64,000 nucleotides of DNA from an uncultured Verrucomicrobiae bacterium. GTDB taxonomy: Bacteria; Verrucomicrobiota; Verrucomicrobiia; Limisphaerales; Palsa-1400. Position numbers and translations under genes: made by a program. Position 1 is the stretch's first letter. Every line of letters begins with the position of its first letter. Below the pieces are notes generated by a model. That model was not told the DNA's origin and ran no database searches. It worked only from the letters and a program-made list of their open reading frames with translations. Where the stretch lies: NCBI GenBank assembly GCA_963702845.1, contig OY969763.1, positions 1,568,001-1,632,000 on the forward strand, given 5' to 3'. Positions 47,981 to 58,995 of this stretch are shown here, piece by piece.

Positions 47981-48947
47981 ATGCACGATGTCGTGATTGT
48001 GGGAGCGGGGCCGGCGGGGTTATCGGGGGCAATTTATTTGGGGCGAGCCCTCCGAAGCGTGCTGGTTGTCGATGCGAATAAAACGATGTGCCGATGGGAG
48101 CCTCATGTGGAGAACTATCTTGGGTTTGCCAACGGGATTTCTGGAGATGAATTGTTGCAACGCGGGCGCAAGCAGACAGAACATTACAAAGTTGAATTTG
48201 TCGGAGATGCAGTGGAGACGGCGCATGGCGAGTTGGATAAATTTATTATCGAAGGCAAAAAGGGTGAGTACCCGGGCGCGACGAATACTTTTGGCAACGG
48301 GAATATTTCACATCCCGCCAGCGATTCCCGAACTGGATAGTTGCCTTGGGCACAGCATGTTCTTTTGCAAAGACTGCGATGGGTTCCGAGTGCAAGGGAA
48401 GAAGATTGGAATCGTCGGGACTAACAACGCCACCGTGGAATATGCGCTTGGAATGTTAGCCTATTCACCGTGTGCGTTTGTGCTGACCAATGGGTTTCGA
48501 CCGACCTGGGACAAGCAACACGGCGAATGGCTTACGGAATACAGCATCCGTGTATTCGACGCGCGCATTGATGCGGTACAGCACGAGGAAGGGAAAATTC
48601 GTAGTATCACGTTTGATAAGGGACAGGAGTTGTTGCTCGATACACTTTTCACCACCCGCGGTGATGTTGTTCACAATCGTCTCGCTGACGAACTCGGGGC
48701 GGAACTGGATGATAGCGGCGAGGTCATTGTAGATAGCTGCATGATGACATCGGTGAAAGGGGTGTATGCGGCTGGTTGTATCACACCGGCAAATTGCCAG
48801 ATCATTATTGCGGCCGGACAGGGCGCGATCGCGGCGCAATCTATCAATCGGAATTTGTTTGAGCAGAGTTTAAAGGATCATTCGCTCCTGCGCGTTCGGG
48901 AAGGGCAACTGCAACACGCGTGTACAGAGCCACAGCTTATCCACTAG
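47981..48947 (+). CDS. Thioredoxin-reductase-like FAD/NAD(P) oxidoreductase (frameshift near 48270)
   Basis: VGAGPAGLSGA in one frame; ILLATG, CKDCDG, TSVKGVYAAG in the next. Confidence 0.85.
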
Positions 48948-49017
48948 TTTTTGGTCAAATCGTTCCCCAGTTGAAAAAACGGTTGTTCGCTGTTCTGTTG
49001 GAACAGGAGGATGCGCA

Positions 49018-49929
49018 ATGCGACAACTGTCAGTAGTAACCGTCGAAGGGAAGCACCTCCGGGTTTCCAACCTGGACAAAGTTTTGTATCCGCGCGCCGG
49101 GTTCACCAAGGCTCAAGTCATCGATTACTATATTCGGGTTGCGCCGGTGCTGTTGCCGCATTTGAAAGACCGGCCGCTGACGTTGAAGCGTTACCCGGAA
49201 GGCGTTGATCACGAGTTTTTTTACGAGAAACAATGCCCAAGTTATCGACCGGGATGGGTAAAAACCGCGCGAGTTGAGGGCACGCAAAAGGTCATTCACT
49301 ATTGTTTAGCCAATAATCTTTCCACGCTTGTTTGGGCGGCGAATCTCGCCGATCTGGAGATGCACACGTCGTTGTCGCGCGCGCCCGATACTGAGACGCC
49401 CACAATGGTGGTGTTTGATTTGGACCCGGGTTTGCCGGCCGATATCGTTCAATGCTGCAAAGTAGCGTTTTGGCTGAAAGAGAAACTTGAAAAAATTCAG
49501 CTGCAATCTTTTCCCAAGACTTCCGGTTCGAAAGGTTTGCAAATCTATATCCCGCTTAATACGAAGACCAATTACGAAACAACGAAGACGTTCGCCAAGA
49601 ACATGGCTGAGGCGCTGGAGCGCGAGCATCCGCATGACGTTGTTTCGAAAATGGCGAAAGTTTTGCGCGCGGGAAAGGTGTTAGTGGATTGGAGCCAGAA
49701 CGACGTGCATAAGACGACGGTTTGCGTTTATTCCTTGCGAGCTAAAGAACAGCCGACGGTTTCCACGCCTGTCACATGGGACGAAGTTGGAATGGCGTTG
49801 AAAAAGAAGGATCCGAAGCGGCTGACCTTCGTGACTGAAGACACTCTGACGCGTGTCGAGGAGCATGGAGATCTTTTCGAACCAGTCCTCAAGCTCAAGC
49901 AGAAACTCAAATCGGTTGAGGTTGAATGA
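49018..49929 (+). CDS. ligD: LigD polymerase/primase domain protein
   Basis: SNLDKVLYP, RYPEG, FDLDPG, KTSGSKG, YSLRA. Confidence 0.92.
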   Translation: MRQLSVVTVEGKHLRVSNLDKVLYPRAGFTKAQVIDYYIRVAPVLLPHLKDRPLTLKRYPEGVDHEFFYEKQCPSYRPGWVKTARVEGTQKVIHYCLANNLSTLVWAANLADLEMHTSLSRAPDTETPTMVVFDLDPGLPADIVQCCKVAFWLKEKLEKIQLQSFPKTSGSKGLQIYIPLNTKTNYETTKTFAKNMAEALEREHPHDVVSKMAKVLRAGKVLVDWSQNDVHKTTVCVYSLRAKEQPTVSTPVTWDEVGMALKKKDPKRLTFVTEDTLTRVEEHGDLFEPVLKLKQKLKSVEVE

Positions 49930-51623
49930 AACGAAATCCGTTGGAGGAATATGCAGGGAAGCGCGATTTTAAACACACTCGCGAACCGGGTCCTCGCGTC
50001 AAAAAGGCTGCGCCTCAAAAGGCCGGTAATTTGTTCGTAATTCAAAAACACGCAGCGAGTCATCTGCATTATGACTTTCGACTTGAAATGAATGGCGTGC
50101 TGAAATCGTGGGCTGTTCCGAAAGGATTGCCCATGCGCCGCGGCGATAAACGGCTGGCAATGCAGGTGGAAGATCACCCCCTCGATTACGCAGGCTTCGA
50201 AGGCATCATCGCTCCAGGAAATTATGGCGCCGGCACGGTGATGGTTTGGGATACCGGCACGTATGAGGTGAAGGACGCAGAGCCACTGAAGGCGCTGGAA
50301 TCGGGAAAGATTCATTTCATATTACGTGGCAAAAAACTCAAAGGCGAATGGGCCATCATTAAGATCCGTAACCCGAACGAGAAAGGAAAACAGCCGTGGC
50401 TGATTTTCAAAGCCGGGGAAGATTTTCCGGAACTGTCAGCAAAGAAGGAAAACGAATCAGCGGTTTCCGGGCGGACGATGGAGAAGATCGCCAAAGCGCA
50501 AGACGCAGAATGGGAGAGCAACCGAGCGGCTGCTGTTCCAGGGAACGACAGCGTTAAAGCGCGAATCCGTCGTGCTGTTGCACGCGCGAACAAGGAACAT
50601 GAACCCGAAGCTAAAGTTGAAACGTCGCTAAAAAATTTACGTGCGGGAAAGATTGGTTTCGTCGAACCGATGAAGTGCAAATTGCTCGAGGAAATTCCAG
50701 CAGGGGAGGATTGGATTTACGAAATCAAGTTCGACGGTATCAGAGCGCTAACGCTGAAGGACGATGATGAAGTCGAACTGTATTCCCGGCTCAAAAACAA
50801 AATGAGTCACCGCTTTGGTGGTATCGCTGAAGCGATTAAATCGCTTCATTGTAAATCGGCGATTCTCGACGGCGAAATCGTTGCTTTGGAAGAAAGCGGG
50901 CGATCATCATTCCAACTGCTGCAGATGTCACGAATGCCGGGGCAGGCACCGTCGATTTGCTACTACCTTTTCGATATTTTAAACCTTAACGGAAAAGACC
51001 TGAAGAATCTGCCTTTGCACGAGCGGAAAAGGATTTTGCAGAAAGTAGTTCCAGAAGGGAACGATCTATTGCGAATTTCAGATCATCTGGGTGGCCGACC
51101 GGAGCAGTTGTGGACGGAAGTTTGCCATCGCGGACTTGAAGGATTGATTGGAAAACAACGGAATTCCAAATACGAACCGGGGAAGCGGAGCGGAGCGTGG
51201 ATCAAGGTGAAGTGTACCTGTGCGCAGGAATTCGTGATTGGAGGCTACACCGAACCGCAGGGTAGCCGTGAAAAATTTGGTGCGATCATCGTAGGCTACT
51301 ACGAAGGCGGCAGGTTGATGTTCGCGTCAAAGGTCGGATCGGGATTTGACCGGCGCGTGCTCGAATCGCTTTACAAACAATTTCAAAAGCTAAAACAACC
51401 AGAGTGTCCTTTTGCCAATTTGCCTGAAAAACGCCCAGGACGTTGGGGGCAGGGCATAACAGCCAGTCAAATGAAACGTTGCACGTGGGTGAAGCCGCAG
51501 TTGGTGGCACAGGTGCGGTTCACCGAGTGGACGATGGACGGCGGTTTGCGTCATCCCGTCTTCATGGGTTTGCGCGAAGACAAACAACCCAGCGAAGTCG
51601 TAAGAGAAAAATCAGAGCATTAG
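49926..51623 (+). CDS. ligD: LigD phosphoesterase plus ATP-dependent ligase domains
   Basis: QKHAASHLHYDFRLE, EIKFDG, EGLIGK, WIKVK, LRHPVF.GLREDK. Confidence 0.93.
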   Translation: MKRNPLEEYAGKRDFKHTREPGPRVKKAAPQKAGNLFVIQKHAASHLHYDFRLEMNGVLKSWAVPKGLPMRRGDKRLAMQVEDHPLDYAGFEGIIAPGNYGAGTVMVWDTGTYEVKDAEPLKALESGKIHFILRGKKLKGEWAIIKIRNPNEKGKQPWLIFKAGEDFPELSAKKENESAVSGRTMEKIAKAQDAEWESNRAAAVPGNDSVKARIRRAVARANKEHEPEAKVETSLKNLRAGKIGFVEPMKCKLLEEIPAGEDWIYEIKFDGIRALTLKDDDEVELYSRLKNKMSHRFGGIAEAIKSLHCKSAILDGEIVALEESGRSSFQLLQMSRMPGQAPSICYYLFDILNLNGKDLKNLPLHERKRILQKVVPEGNDLLRISDHLGGRPEQLWTEVCHRGLEGLIGKQRNSKYEPGKRSGAWIKVKCTCAQEFVIGGYTEPQGSREKFGAIIVGYYEGGRLMFASKVGSGFDRRVLESLYKQFQKLKQPECPFANLPEKRPGRWGQGITASQMKRCTWVKPQLVAQVRFTEWTMDGGLRHPVFMGLREDKQPSEVVREKSEH

Positions 51624-51638
51624 CCAAAGGAGGATTCT

Positions 51639-52085
51639 ATGTCGAAGAAGAATGAAAAGGCGAAGAATAGTTTGAACGACACCTTTCACAATTTTGCGCA
51701 TAGCATCTCGGTTGCTGTGGGACACCCATTGGCTTTTTTAGCGGCGATTCTATTGATTCTCGGTTGGGCGGTGACCGGTCCGATGTTCCATTTCTCCGAT
51801 ACGTGGCAGTTGGTGATTAATACCGGGACGACAATCGTCACCTTTCTAATGGTTTTCCTGATTCAAAACACGCAAAACCGCGATGCACGTGCAATCCATC
51901 TGAAGGTTGACGAATTACTCAGAACCGGCGAAAAAGCCAGGAACTATTTGATTGACTTGCAAAACATGTCGGACGAGGAACTTGATGAACTGGAACGCCA
52001 ATTTGAAATTTGCCGAAAAAAGCGGGACCCTGTGCCCGAACCGCCGAGAAATGGTGCTCAACGAACCGAAACGGCGAAGCACTAG
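51639..52085 (+). CDS. Low-affinity iron permease family protein
   Basis: FSDTWQLVINTGTTIVTFLMVFLIQNTQNRD. Confidence 0.9.
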   Translation: MSKKNEKAKNSLNDTFHNFAHSISVAVGHPLAFLAAILLILGWAVTGPMFHFSDTWQLVINTGTTIVTFLMVFLIQNTQNRDARAIHLKVDELLRTGEKARNYLIDLQNMSDEELDELERQFEICRKKRDPVPEPPRNGAQRTETAKH

Positions 52086-52757
52086 TCGACGGACTTCGGC
52101 AAGTTGGGTGGCGATCACGATCGTAGCTTTCGCTCTCCAAGTGACGGAGACCCTCGCAGACTCAACATCTGATTCGAGTCAGGGGAAAGGCTCGAAGTTC
52201 AACTTCGATTCGGTCCGCAACTGCGTTTGGGATACAGACGTAGGAAATGGCTTTCGTAAACATGCGACTGAAGCGGGAATTCTTGTCGGCGGGGGATTTG
52301 GAATGCGCGTTTTTGGCGGGACCGAGGATCATAACATGGTGCTCGGGACAGTTCATGTCGGCACGATGTTGTCCGGCCTGGTCGCAAGGGAGCATTTCTG
52401 GCGTGGCAACTTCGAATTGCTTGGTGATTTCTTCGGTGGCGAGCAGTACAATTCCCACACCTCGTTTGTCATCGGTCTTGCGCCAATTCTTCGGTATAAT
52501 TTCGCAACGGGCAGTCCATTCGTGCCGTATATTGGAGGTGGCGCCGGTGCATCTCTTACTGATATTCGTCATCCCGAACTCGGTACCGACTTCAACTTCA
52601 ACGTGCAGGTTTAGCCGGGGTGCATTGGTTTTTCAAACCTAATGTAGCAGCGACACTCGAAGGTCGATGGTTGCATCTTTCCAACGCAGGCATCAAGGAT
52701 CCGAACAAAGGGGTCAACACAGGTTTAATTCTCATCGGCGCGAACTGGTTTTTTTAA
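52051..52757 (+). CDS. PagL-like outer-membrane acyl hydrolase (frameshift near 52612)
   Basis: Beta-barrel pattern; after the shift reads ...RWLHLSNAGIKDPNKGVN...NWFF*; start uncertain. Confidence 0.75.
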
Positions 52758-52772
52758 CAGTTTGTTGTGCCG

Positions 52773-52850
52773 AGTAATCGGTAAACAGCAATCAGGTTCA
52801 ATCGTTGGCGCTTTGTTACTGTTTACTGTTTCCGGCATACTGTTTACAGT
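52773..52850. repeat. Inverted pair of degenerate heptamer arrays with no gene between them
   Basis: AGTAATC GGTAAAC AGCAATC, ~22 bp spacer, then TTACTGT TTACTGT TTCCGGC ATACTGT TTACAGT. Confidence 0.55.
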
Positions 52851-52856
52851 GCTCCA

Positions 52857-53640
52857 GTGAACGTTCTCTTCATCGGCGACATCGTTGGCGAGCCTGGGCG
52901 CCGCGCCGTCAAGGAACTGGTTCCGAAGCTTCGTCGCGAGCACGAACTCGATATCGTCATCGCCAATGGCGAAAATTCAGCCGGGGGGTCTGGCATAACT
53001 CCCAACACGGCTCGTGAAATTTTCGATGCGGGCGTCGACGTCATTACCACAGGCGACCATTTGTTCGACCAAAGGGAAGTGATGACACTGTTACAAAACG
53101 AACCGCGTTTTTTACGGCCATTGAACTACCCTACGGGGACAGCTGGTCAAGGCAGTGCGATATTCCGTTTTGAAAAATTGCCGCCTATCGCTGTGATGAA
53201 TTTGCAGGGCCGATCATTCATGGCTGCGCTCGAAAATCCCTTTACGATGGCGCGAGCGGAAGTGGACCGGCTGCGTCAGCATACGCATATTATTTTTATC
53301 GACATGCACGCGGAAGCGACATCGGAAAAAATTGCGATCGCGCGCATGTTGGACGGGCAGGTGAGTGCGGTCGTCGGGACACATACCCATGTCCAAACCG
53401 GCGACGAACAGATTTTCCCGGGCGGGACGGCGTATCCTTTGTGACGCCGGATTTACTGGCCCGCACGAAAGCGTTCTTGGTCGCGAGATCCAGCCGATCA
53501 TTCAACGATTCATGACCAATATGCCGCAGAAATTCGGAGTCGCTTCCGAACGTATCCTGCTTCAGGGCGCATTGATCGACATCGATCCAAATACCGGCCG
53601 AGCGGTCAGCATCAAGCGCATTTCTGAGCCGCTGAAGTAA
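52857..53640 (+). CDS. ymdB: YmdB-family metallophosphoesterase (frameshift near 53438)
   Basis: GDIVG, NGEN, DMHAEATSEK, GTHTHV, then CDAGFTGP in the next frame. Confidence 0.9.
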
Positions 53641-56083
53641 CTAGGATTCGCGCACCGTGGCTTGCAGCGTCTGCTTCAGATTTTGCACAACTTTTTCGTG
53701 CGCGCTGTTTACTTCGACATCGGTCAGTGTCTTCTCAGCGCTACGATAGGTAAACGCGTAAGCCAGGCTTTTCTGACCTGCGGGAATGTTTTTACCGCGG
53801 AAGACGTCGAAGACTTCAACCGATTCGAGGTTTGCCGGTTTGGTCTGACGAACGACATTGAGCACCGCATCGTGCGTTGCCGATTCGGGAACGATCATGG
53901 CGACGTCGCGACGAATGGATGGGAAGGCCGGTAGCGATTTGAAAGATTTTTCGCGGTTACGACGCGCGAGCAGAAGGTCGAAATTGAGCTCGGCCAAAAA
54001 CGCGGCGTGACGGAGGTCGTATCGTTTAGCGAGGGCAGGGGTGACCTGGCCGATTTCGCCAAGGGTCATTTTGCCGAGTTGCACACCGGCTGATTCGAGG
54101 AAAAACGTATTCGCGTTTTCGCGGCGGACGTAAGTCATTCCTTTGAGGCCGAATTGTTGAAGGAAATCTTCGAGCATGCCTTTGAGATCGTAGGCGTCGA
54201 AGGTGGCTTCGCGATCGTCGCCGCTCCAGAAGCCGGCCAATCTGCGGCCGGTGAGCGCGATGCCAAGGCGGCGTTCTTCTTTGGTCTTTCCGTCAACCAA
54301 CGAAAATACGCGGCCGATTTCAAATAATGCAACGTCGTCGTTTTTGTGGCTGACGTTGTGTCGTAAAGCGTCGAGCAGGCCGGGCAGAACACTCGGACGA
54401 AGAACGTTCATGTCGCTGCTGAGCGGGTTTTCCAGATAGACGAGATTTTCCGCCGTGACCCCGCTGATGAACTTGGCGGCGGCGTCGGAAATGAGAGTTT
54501 GACCTTGAGCTTCGCTGAGCCCGAGACCAGCGAGAATTTGTCGTGATTCGGTGAGTTGATCGTGAATCGAGTCGTAAGCGTTCGTGCCAATCGCCCCGCG
54601 CGGCGGAGTGGAAGGAATCTTGTCGATTCCGTAAAGGCGGACGATTTCTTCAATCAGATCGACTTCACGTTTGATATCGACGCGGAAAGTGGGGATTCGG
54701 AAAATGGGCTGATCGCCAGCAACGGACCAATCGGTTAGCAGTCCGAGACGACGGAGCGACTCGATTTGCTGCTCGTGCGGAATTTGCAATCCGACGAGTT
54801 CTTCAGTCTTGTCCAAACGAAGAGTGATTTCCTTCGCCGTTGGCGGGTTTGGAAATACGTCGATGGATTGTTCGAGCACATTTCCGCCCGCGGTTTCGAC
54901 GATCAGTTGCGCAGCGCGCCGGCTGGCCCAATCACAAATTCCAATGTCGCCGCCGCGTTCGAATCGATAGGACGAGTCGGTGCGCAGTTCCAATTTCTTG
55001 GATGTCGCACGGATGTTTTGAGGTTTGAAGTAGGCGCTCTCGATCAAGAACGTCCGAAGTATTCGGATTAATCTCACTATTCTGACCGCCCATGACGCCG
55101 GCCAATGCAACCGCCTTTGTTTCGTCGGCGATGAGGAGCACGTTGTTGGTCAGCGTGTGTTTCTTGTCGTCCAGCGTGGTGAACGATTCGCCTTCACTCG
55201 CGCGACGAACGACAATCGTGGGCGGCTTGCCTGAAAGCAGGTGGTGATCAAACGCGTGCAGCGGTTGGCCGATTTCGAGCATGACGTAGTTTGTTACATC
55301 GACAACGTTGTTGATGCTACGAAGACCGACGCTTTCCAGAATTTGGCGCATCCAGTCGGGGCTTGGACCGATCTTCACGCCGCGAACAACTCGCGCAGTG
55401 TAACGGGGACAAAGCTCTGGATCATCCAGGCGAACGCGTGCCAGTGAATCAATAGGCTCGGTGCTGACGTTTGCTTGCGAAACGGAAACGTCAGGCATGC
55501 GCAATGGATTGCCCGTTAGTGCGCTGATATCGCGAGCAATGCCGATGACGCTATTCCAGTCAGGGCGGTTCGGCGTAATTTCCAAATCGTAAACGACATC
55601 GCCTGATTTGCGTCCGAGATATTCAGCGAACGGTTGGCCAGCTTTTGCGTCCTCGCGCAAAATCAACAGGCCATCGATTTGATCGGGTAACCCAAGTTCT
55701 TGAGGCGAGCACAGCATGCCGTGTGATTCCACACCCATGACCTTGCGTACTTTTATCGTGAAAGGTTCCTTTTCGCCGGGCTTCAACGGCAGTGACGCGC
55801 CTGGGATGACCAATGGAACTTTGTCGCCTGCTTTGTAATTTTGTGCACCGCAGATAACCTGACGTTCGCCTTTGCCATCTGCAACCTTGCAGACGGAGAG
55901 CTTGTCGGACCCGGCGACTTTATCACGCGTGAGCACTTGCCCAACGACGATTCCCTCGAACTCGCCGCTGACCTTGTGCACGCCTTCGACTTCCAGGCCG
56001 AGCATGGTGAGGCGCTCGGACAACTCGTCCGGTGACCAGTCGAAGTCGACGTATTGTTTGAGCCAATTATAAGTAAGCTTCAT
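53641..56083 (-). CDS. pheT: Phenylalanine-tRNA ligase beta subunit (frameshift near 55045)
   Basis: MKLTYNWL, EITPNRPD, NNVVDVTNYV, SSYRFERG, FDX-ACB C-terminus. Confidence 0.95.
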
Positions 56084-56670
56084 TTCTCGCTGTGATATTG
56101 CGTCCGCAGAAAATTCTCGCACAAAGCGGCCATCTCGACCGCAAAACGTTCGACTTTTTTATTGTAGTAGCTCCAGGCAATCAACGACGGAATGGCTGTG
56201 AGCAAGCCGAGAAGGGTTGAGTTGAGCGCGATGGCGATGCCTTTTGCGACTTCTTTGCTATCGCCCAGACCCGCATCGCTCATACCGCCGAACAGAATGA
56301 TCAGGCCGTAAATAGTGCCGACCAATCCGAGCAATGGCGCGACGCCGACGACGATCTCGAGGATGACAAGACCTCGCTCGAGTTTTGAGACTTCGTGACG
56401 TGCACTGGTTTCCAGTGCACCGATGTTTTCGGCCCGTGGCCAGCTACGGTGTTTCTCGGCAAGTAAGAGTAGACGGCTTAAGGGCGAGGGGTGTTGCTCG
56501 CAAAGCCGGTGCAGCATTGGCACATCCGCTTCGGTGCGGCAGGTTTCTAGGGCGGCCTCAACTTGAGCCGGAATGACTTTCTGCGACCGTAATGCGAGGC
56601 CGCGTTCGACGATAAACGTCAAGCCGACGACCGACGCAAGAATCAGAACGGCAATGATGAACAGTTCCAT
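56080..56670 (-). CDS. MotA/TolQ/ExbB proton channel protein
   Basis: APLLGLVGTIYG, GIAIAL.ST..GL..AIP. Confidence 0.92.
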   Translation of the reverse strand: MELFIIAVLILASVVGLTFIVERGLALRSQKVIPAQVEAALETCRTEADVPMLHRLCEQHPSPLSRLLLLAEKHRSWPRAENIGALETSARHEVSKLERGLVILEIVVGVAPLLGLVGTIYGLIILFGGMSDAGLGDSKEVAKGIAIALNSTLLGLLTAIPSLIAWSYYNKKVERFAVEMAALCENFLRTQYHSEK

Positions 56671-56691
56671 TAGGTGTATTGTTACGAGGAA

Positions 56692-57705
56692 TTACTCGTA
56701 AAAAAAAGTAAAAGTGACATCTCTCGTGTCTCCCGCAAGTTCTCGCCGCATCTCCGTTGTCCAACGCGGATAGGGGGAGTTGTCGAGAATTGCTTTTTGG
56801 CAGAGCAAGGAAAAGAAAGAATCGACGGTGTTGCGGATTATTTTCACGTCGGTGACTCGACCGTCGAAGTGCAGCTTAAATTCCAGCCGAACTTCGCCTT
56901 GCGGAGTTGGCTGTTGGTTTTGCAGAAGAAAATCCCAGCGAGCCTGCACGGCATTGACGAACAACCGGTCATAATCACCGGTCAAAGTGCGGCGCACATC
57001 GAGGCTTGAGGATAATCCGACGTGCGACCCGCCACCGTTGTGTTTCATCTTGTCGCCGGTGATACCCTGGAGCGCCTTAGCTTCTTCGACGCTTGCCGGG
57101 CGGCGATGGGGTTGAACTTCTGGCTGCTCGGATTTGCTGTCGTTTGCTTTGTTGCTGGGTTTCGCAATCGCGAGGTCGCCGGGCGTGTAGGATTTTGGCG
57201 CTGGTGAAGGTTTTTTCTCTTCGACCTTTTGCTCAGGCGTGGGCTGAAGTGGTTTTGCCTCGGGTTTCGGACGGCTGTTCTCAGTGGTCTTTAGAACCTT
57301 TTGTTGTTTCCCAGTCAGTTCGGGCAACTCGGATTCAGCTTTCTTAGTGCTGGACGCAACCGTGTTGGCAGAACTTGTGAACTTTGCGTTTTTCGGCGGT
57401 TCAACGACCGCGAGTGTGGGATCGACATCGACAAATGTGAGCGTGATGGGCTGCTGTGGCTGTGTTCGCGGCGGAATTGTTTTAGCAATTCGTTTAATGA
57501 GGCTGCTGCGGGCGGTTTGTAGCCAATTTGGCAAATGCGATTCCTTCCACCAGCCGTGCGTCTGCCCGAATTTCCAGCCGCCAAAAGCAACCAGATGGAG
57601 GACAAGGGAAATCACCAATGCTCGAACGAGCAAATCCAAACTGGTGTCCTTGGCCACGACGTCTCTCACGGGTTGAGGATGCGCGATTTCAGGCGACGGT
57701 GACAA
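56692..57705 (-). CDS. TonB/TolA-like energy transducer
   Basis: N-terminal TM with S...H, Pro/Lys-rich linker, TonB-C-like domain. Confidence 0.75.
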   Translation of the reverse strand: MSPSPEIAHPQPVRDVVAKDTSLDLLVRALVISLVLHLVAFGGWKFGQTHGWWKESHLPNWLQTARSSLIKRIAKTIPPRTQPQQPITLTFVDVDPTLAVVEPPKNAKFTSSANTVASSTKKAESELPELTGKQQKVLKTTENSRPKPEAKPLQPTPEQKVEEKKPSPAPKSYTPGDLAIAKPSNKANDSKSEQPEVQPHRRPASVEEAKALQGITGDKMKHNGGGSHVGLSSSLDVRRTLTGDYDRLFVNAVQARWDFLLQNQQPTPQGEVRLEFKLHFDGRVTDVKIIRNTVDSFFSLLCQKAILDNSPYPRWTTEMRRELAGDTRDVTFTFFYE

Positions 57706-57718
57706 GGATTGATCGGTG

Positions 57719-58993
57719 TTACTCGTCGCCCGCGTTGTTGGCGATGTTGAATTTGCGCGGGCTGTGATTGGTGATGCGGACGGTGCCTTTCATCACGTTG
57801 TCGGAAATGACGGCGCGAGCGACGTTTGTGCCGAGTTCAATCTGGGCTTTGTTCTCTTGAAACTCACAACCGCGCACCAACAAAGTCCCGCTTTCGCATT
57901 GGATAGCATGGCGCTTTTCGTTTTTGCGATCCCATTGGCAGAACGTGCAATCGGAAAAACCAATCGTGCCTTTACCTGCGATTTTGGCGATTTGAAAGCA
58001 AGGTCCCCAGAACGCGGAGTTCACAAATCGAACGCTCCCGGAGTTTGTTGCGCCAACTTCGACCATGGTTGGGTTCGGGCCTTCGAAGGACGTGAATTCG
58101 CCATTCGATATCAGGATTCCAAATGGCGCAGAATTTTCTACGAGGACTGAGGTGTAGCACGCATCGGCGCCAATGCCGAGGAAGTTGCCGTTACAAACGC
58201 CGCCGTGAGTTTGGATGAATTTGTATCCGACATTGTAGCCAAAACAAAACGTGTTGAACACATATTGCCAATCGCTGCGGCCGAAGATGAAGGCTTCACC
58301 GTGCTCCTTCTGCCATTTGTAGAGTTTGGGTTTCATGCTCCACCATGGGTTGAAATGCACATTTTCAATGCGGCCGATATCATAAATTACATCGACATAA
58401 ATGCCGCGTCGCAGCGGTTGGCCTTGAACGTTGCGGATCAGGTGACGCTCGTTTTTTGACGCGTCGATTCCGTTATATGAATTGAGCAGTTCCACATCCA
58501 ACACCGCTGGGTTTTGTCCACGCATCGCGATCGTCCATGGGAAAGGCTTAGGCTCGCCATCGTCGTTTTGGTTGGGATAGTAAATGACGATACCCTTCAA
58601 CGTGCTATTCGCGTTCAGGGTAATGAACGGTGGTCCATTTTCGTCTCCGGCGTCGGCGTTTACGATGAAAGTCGTGCCATCATCGGTGGGTTTTGGGGGG
58701 CCTTCGCTCCGCAAGCCGATGTGGGACGGCACCGATTCCCATACACCCTTCAACGTCACCCCGCTCGGCACATTTAAATGGCGGGCGAGAAAATAATTTC
58801 CGCACGGGGCATAAACAATGCCACCTCCGGCTTTGCCAACGGCATCCAACGCCCGTTGAATCGCAGAGGTGTCATCGGTTTTGCCATCGCCTTTTGCGCC
58901 GAATGCCGTCACGGCGTAGACGTCGTTTGTTGTAGCCCGGGCCGAAATTGCGTAGCCGAGCAGAAGCGCGCACAAAAGTAGTTTTCGATTCAT
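57719..58993 (-). CDS. Secreted right-handed beta-helix protein (pectate lyase superfamily / GH55-like N-terminus)
   Basis: Signal peptide; FGAKGDGKTDDTSAIQRALD. Confidence 0.85.
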   Translation of the reverse strand: MNRKLLLCALLLGYAISARATTNDVYAVTAFGAKGDGKTDDTSAIQRALDAVGKAGGGIVYAPCGNYFLARHLNVPSGVTLKGVWESVPSHIGLRSEGPPKPTDDGTTFIVNADAGDENGPPFITLNANSTLKGIVIYYPNQNDDGEPKPFPWTIAMRGQNPAVLDVELLNSYNGIDASKNERHLIRNVQGQPLRRGIYVDVIYDIGRIENVHFNPWWSMKPKLYKWQKEHGEAFIFGRSDWQYVFNTFCFGYNVGYKFIQTHGGVCNGNFLGIGADACYTSVLVENSAPFGILISNGEFTSFEGPNPTMVEVGATNSGSVRFVNSAFWGPCFQIAKIAGKGTIGFSDCTFCQWDRKNEKRHAIQCESGTLLVRGCEFQENKAQIELGTNVARAVISDNVMKGTVRITNHSPRKFNIANNAGDE

Positions 58994-58995
58994 AA

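Noticed and set aside
55030..55060. Programmed frameshifting in pheT and other split genes
   Set aside because: No slippery heptamer or consistent signal; sequencing indels are the simpler explanation.
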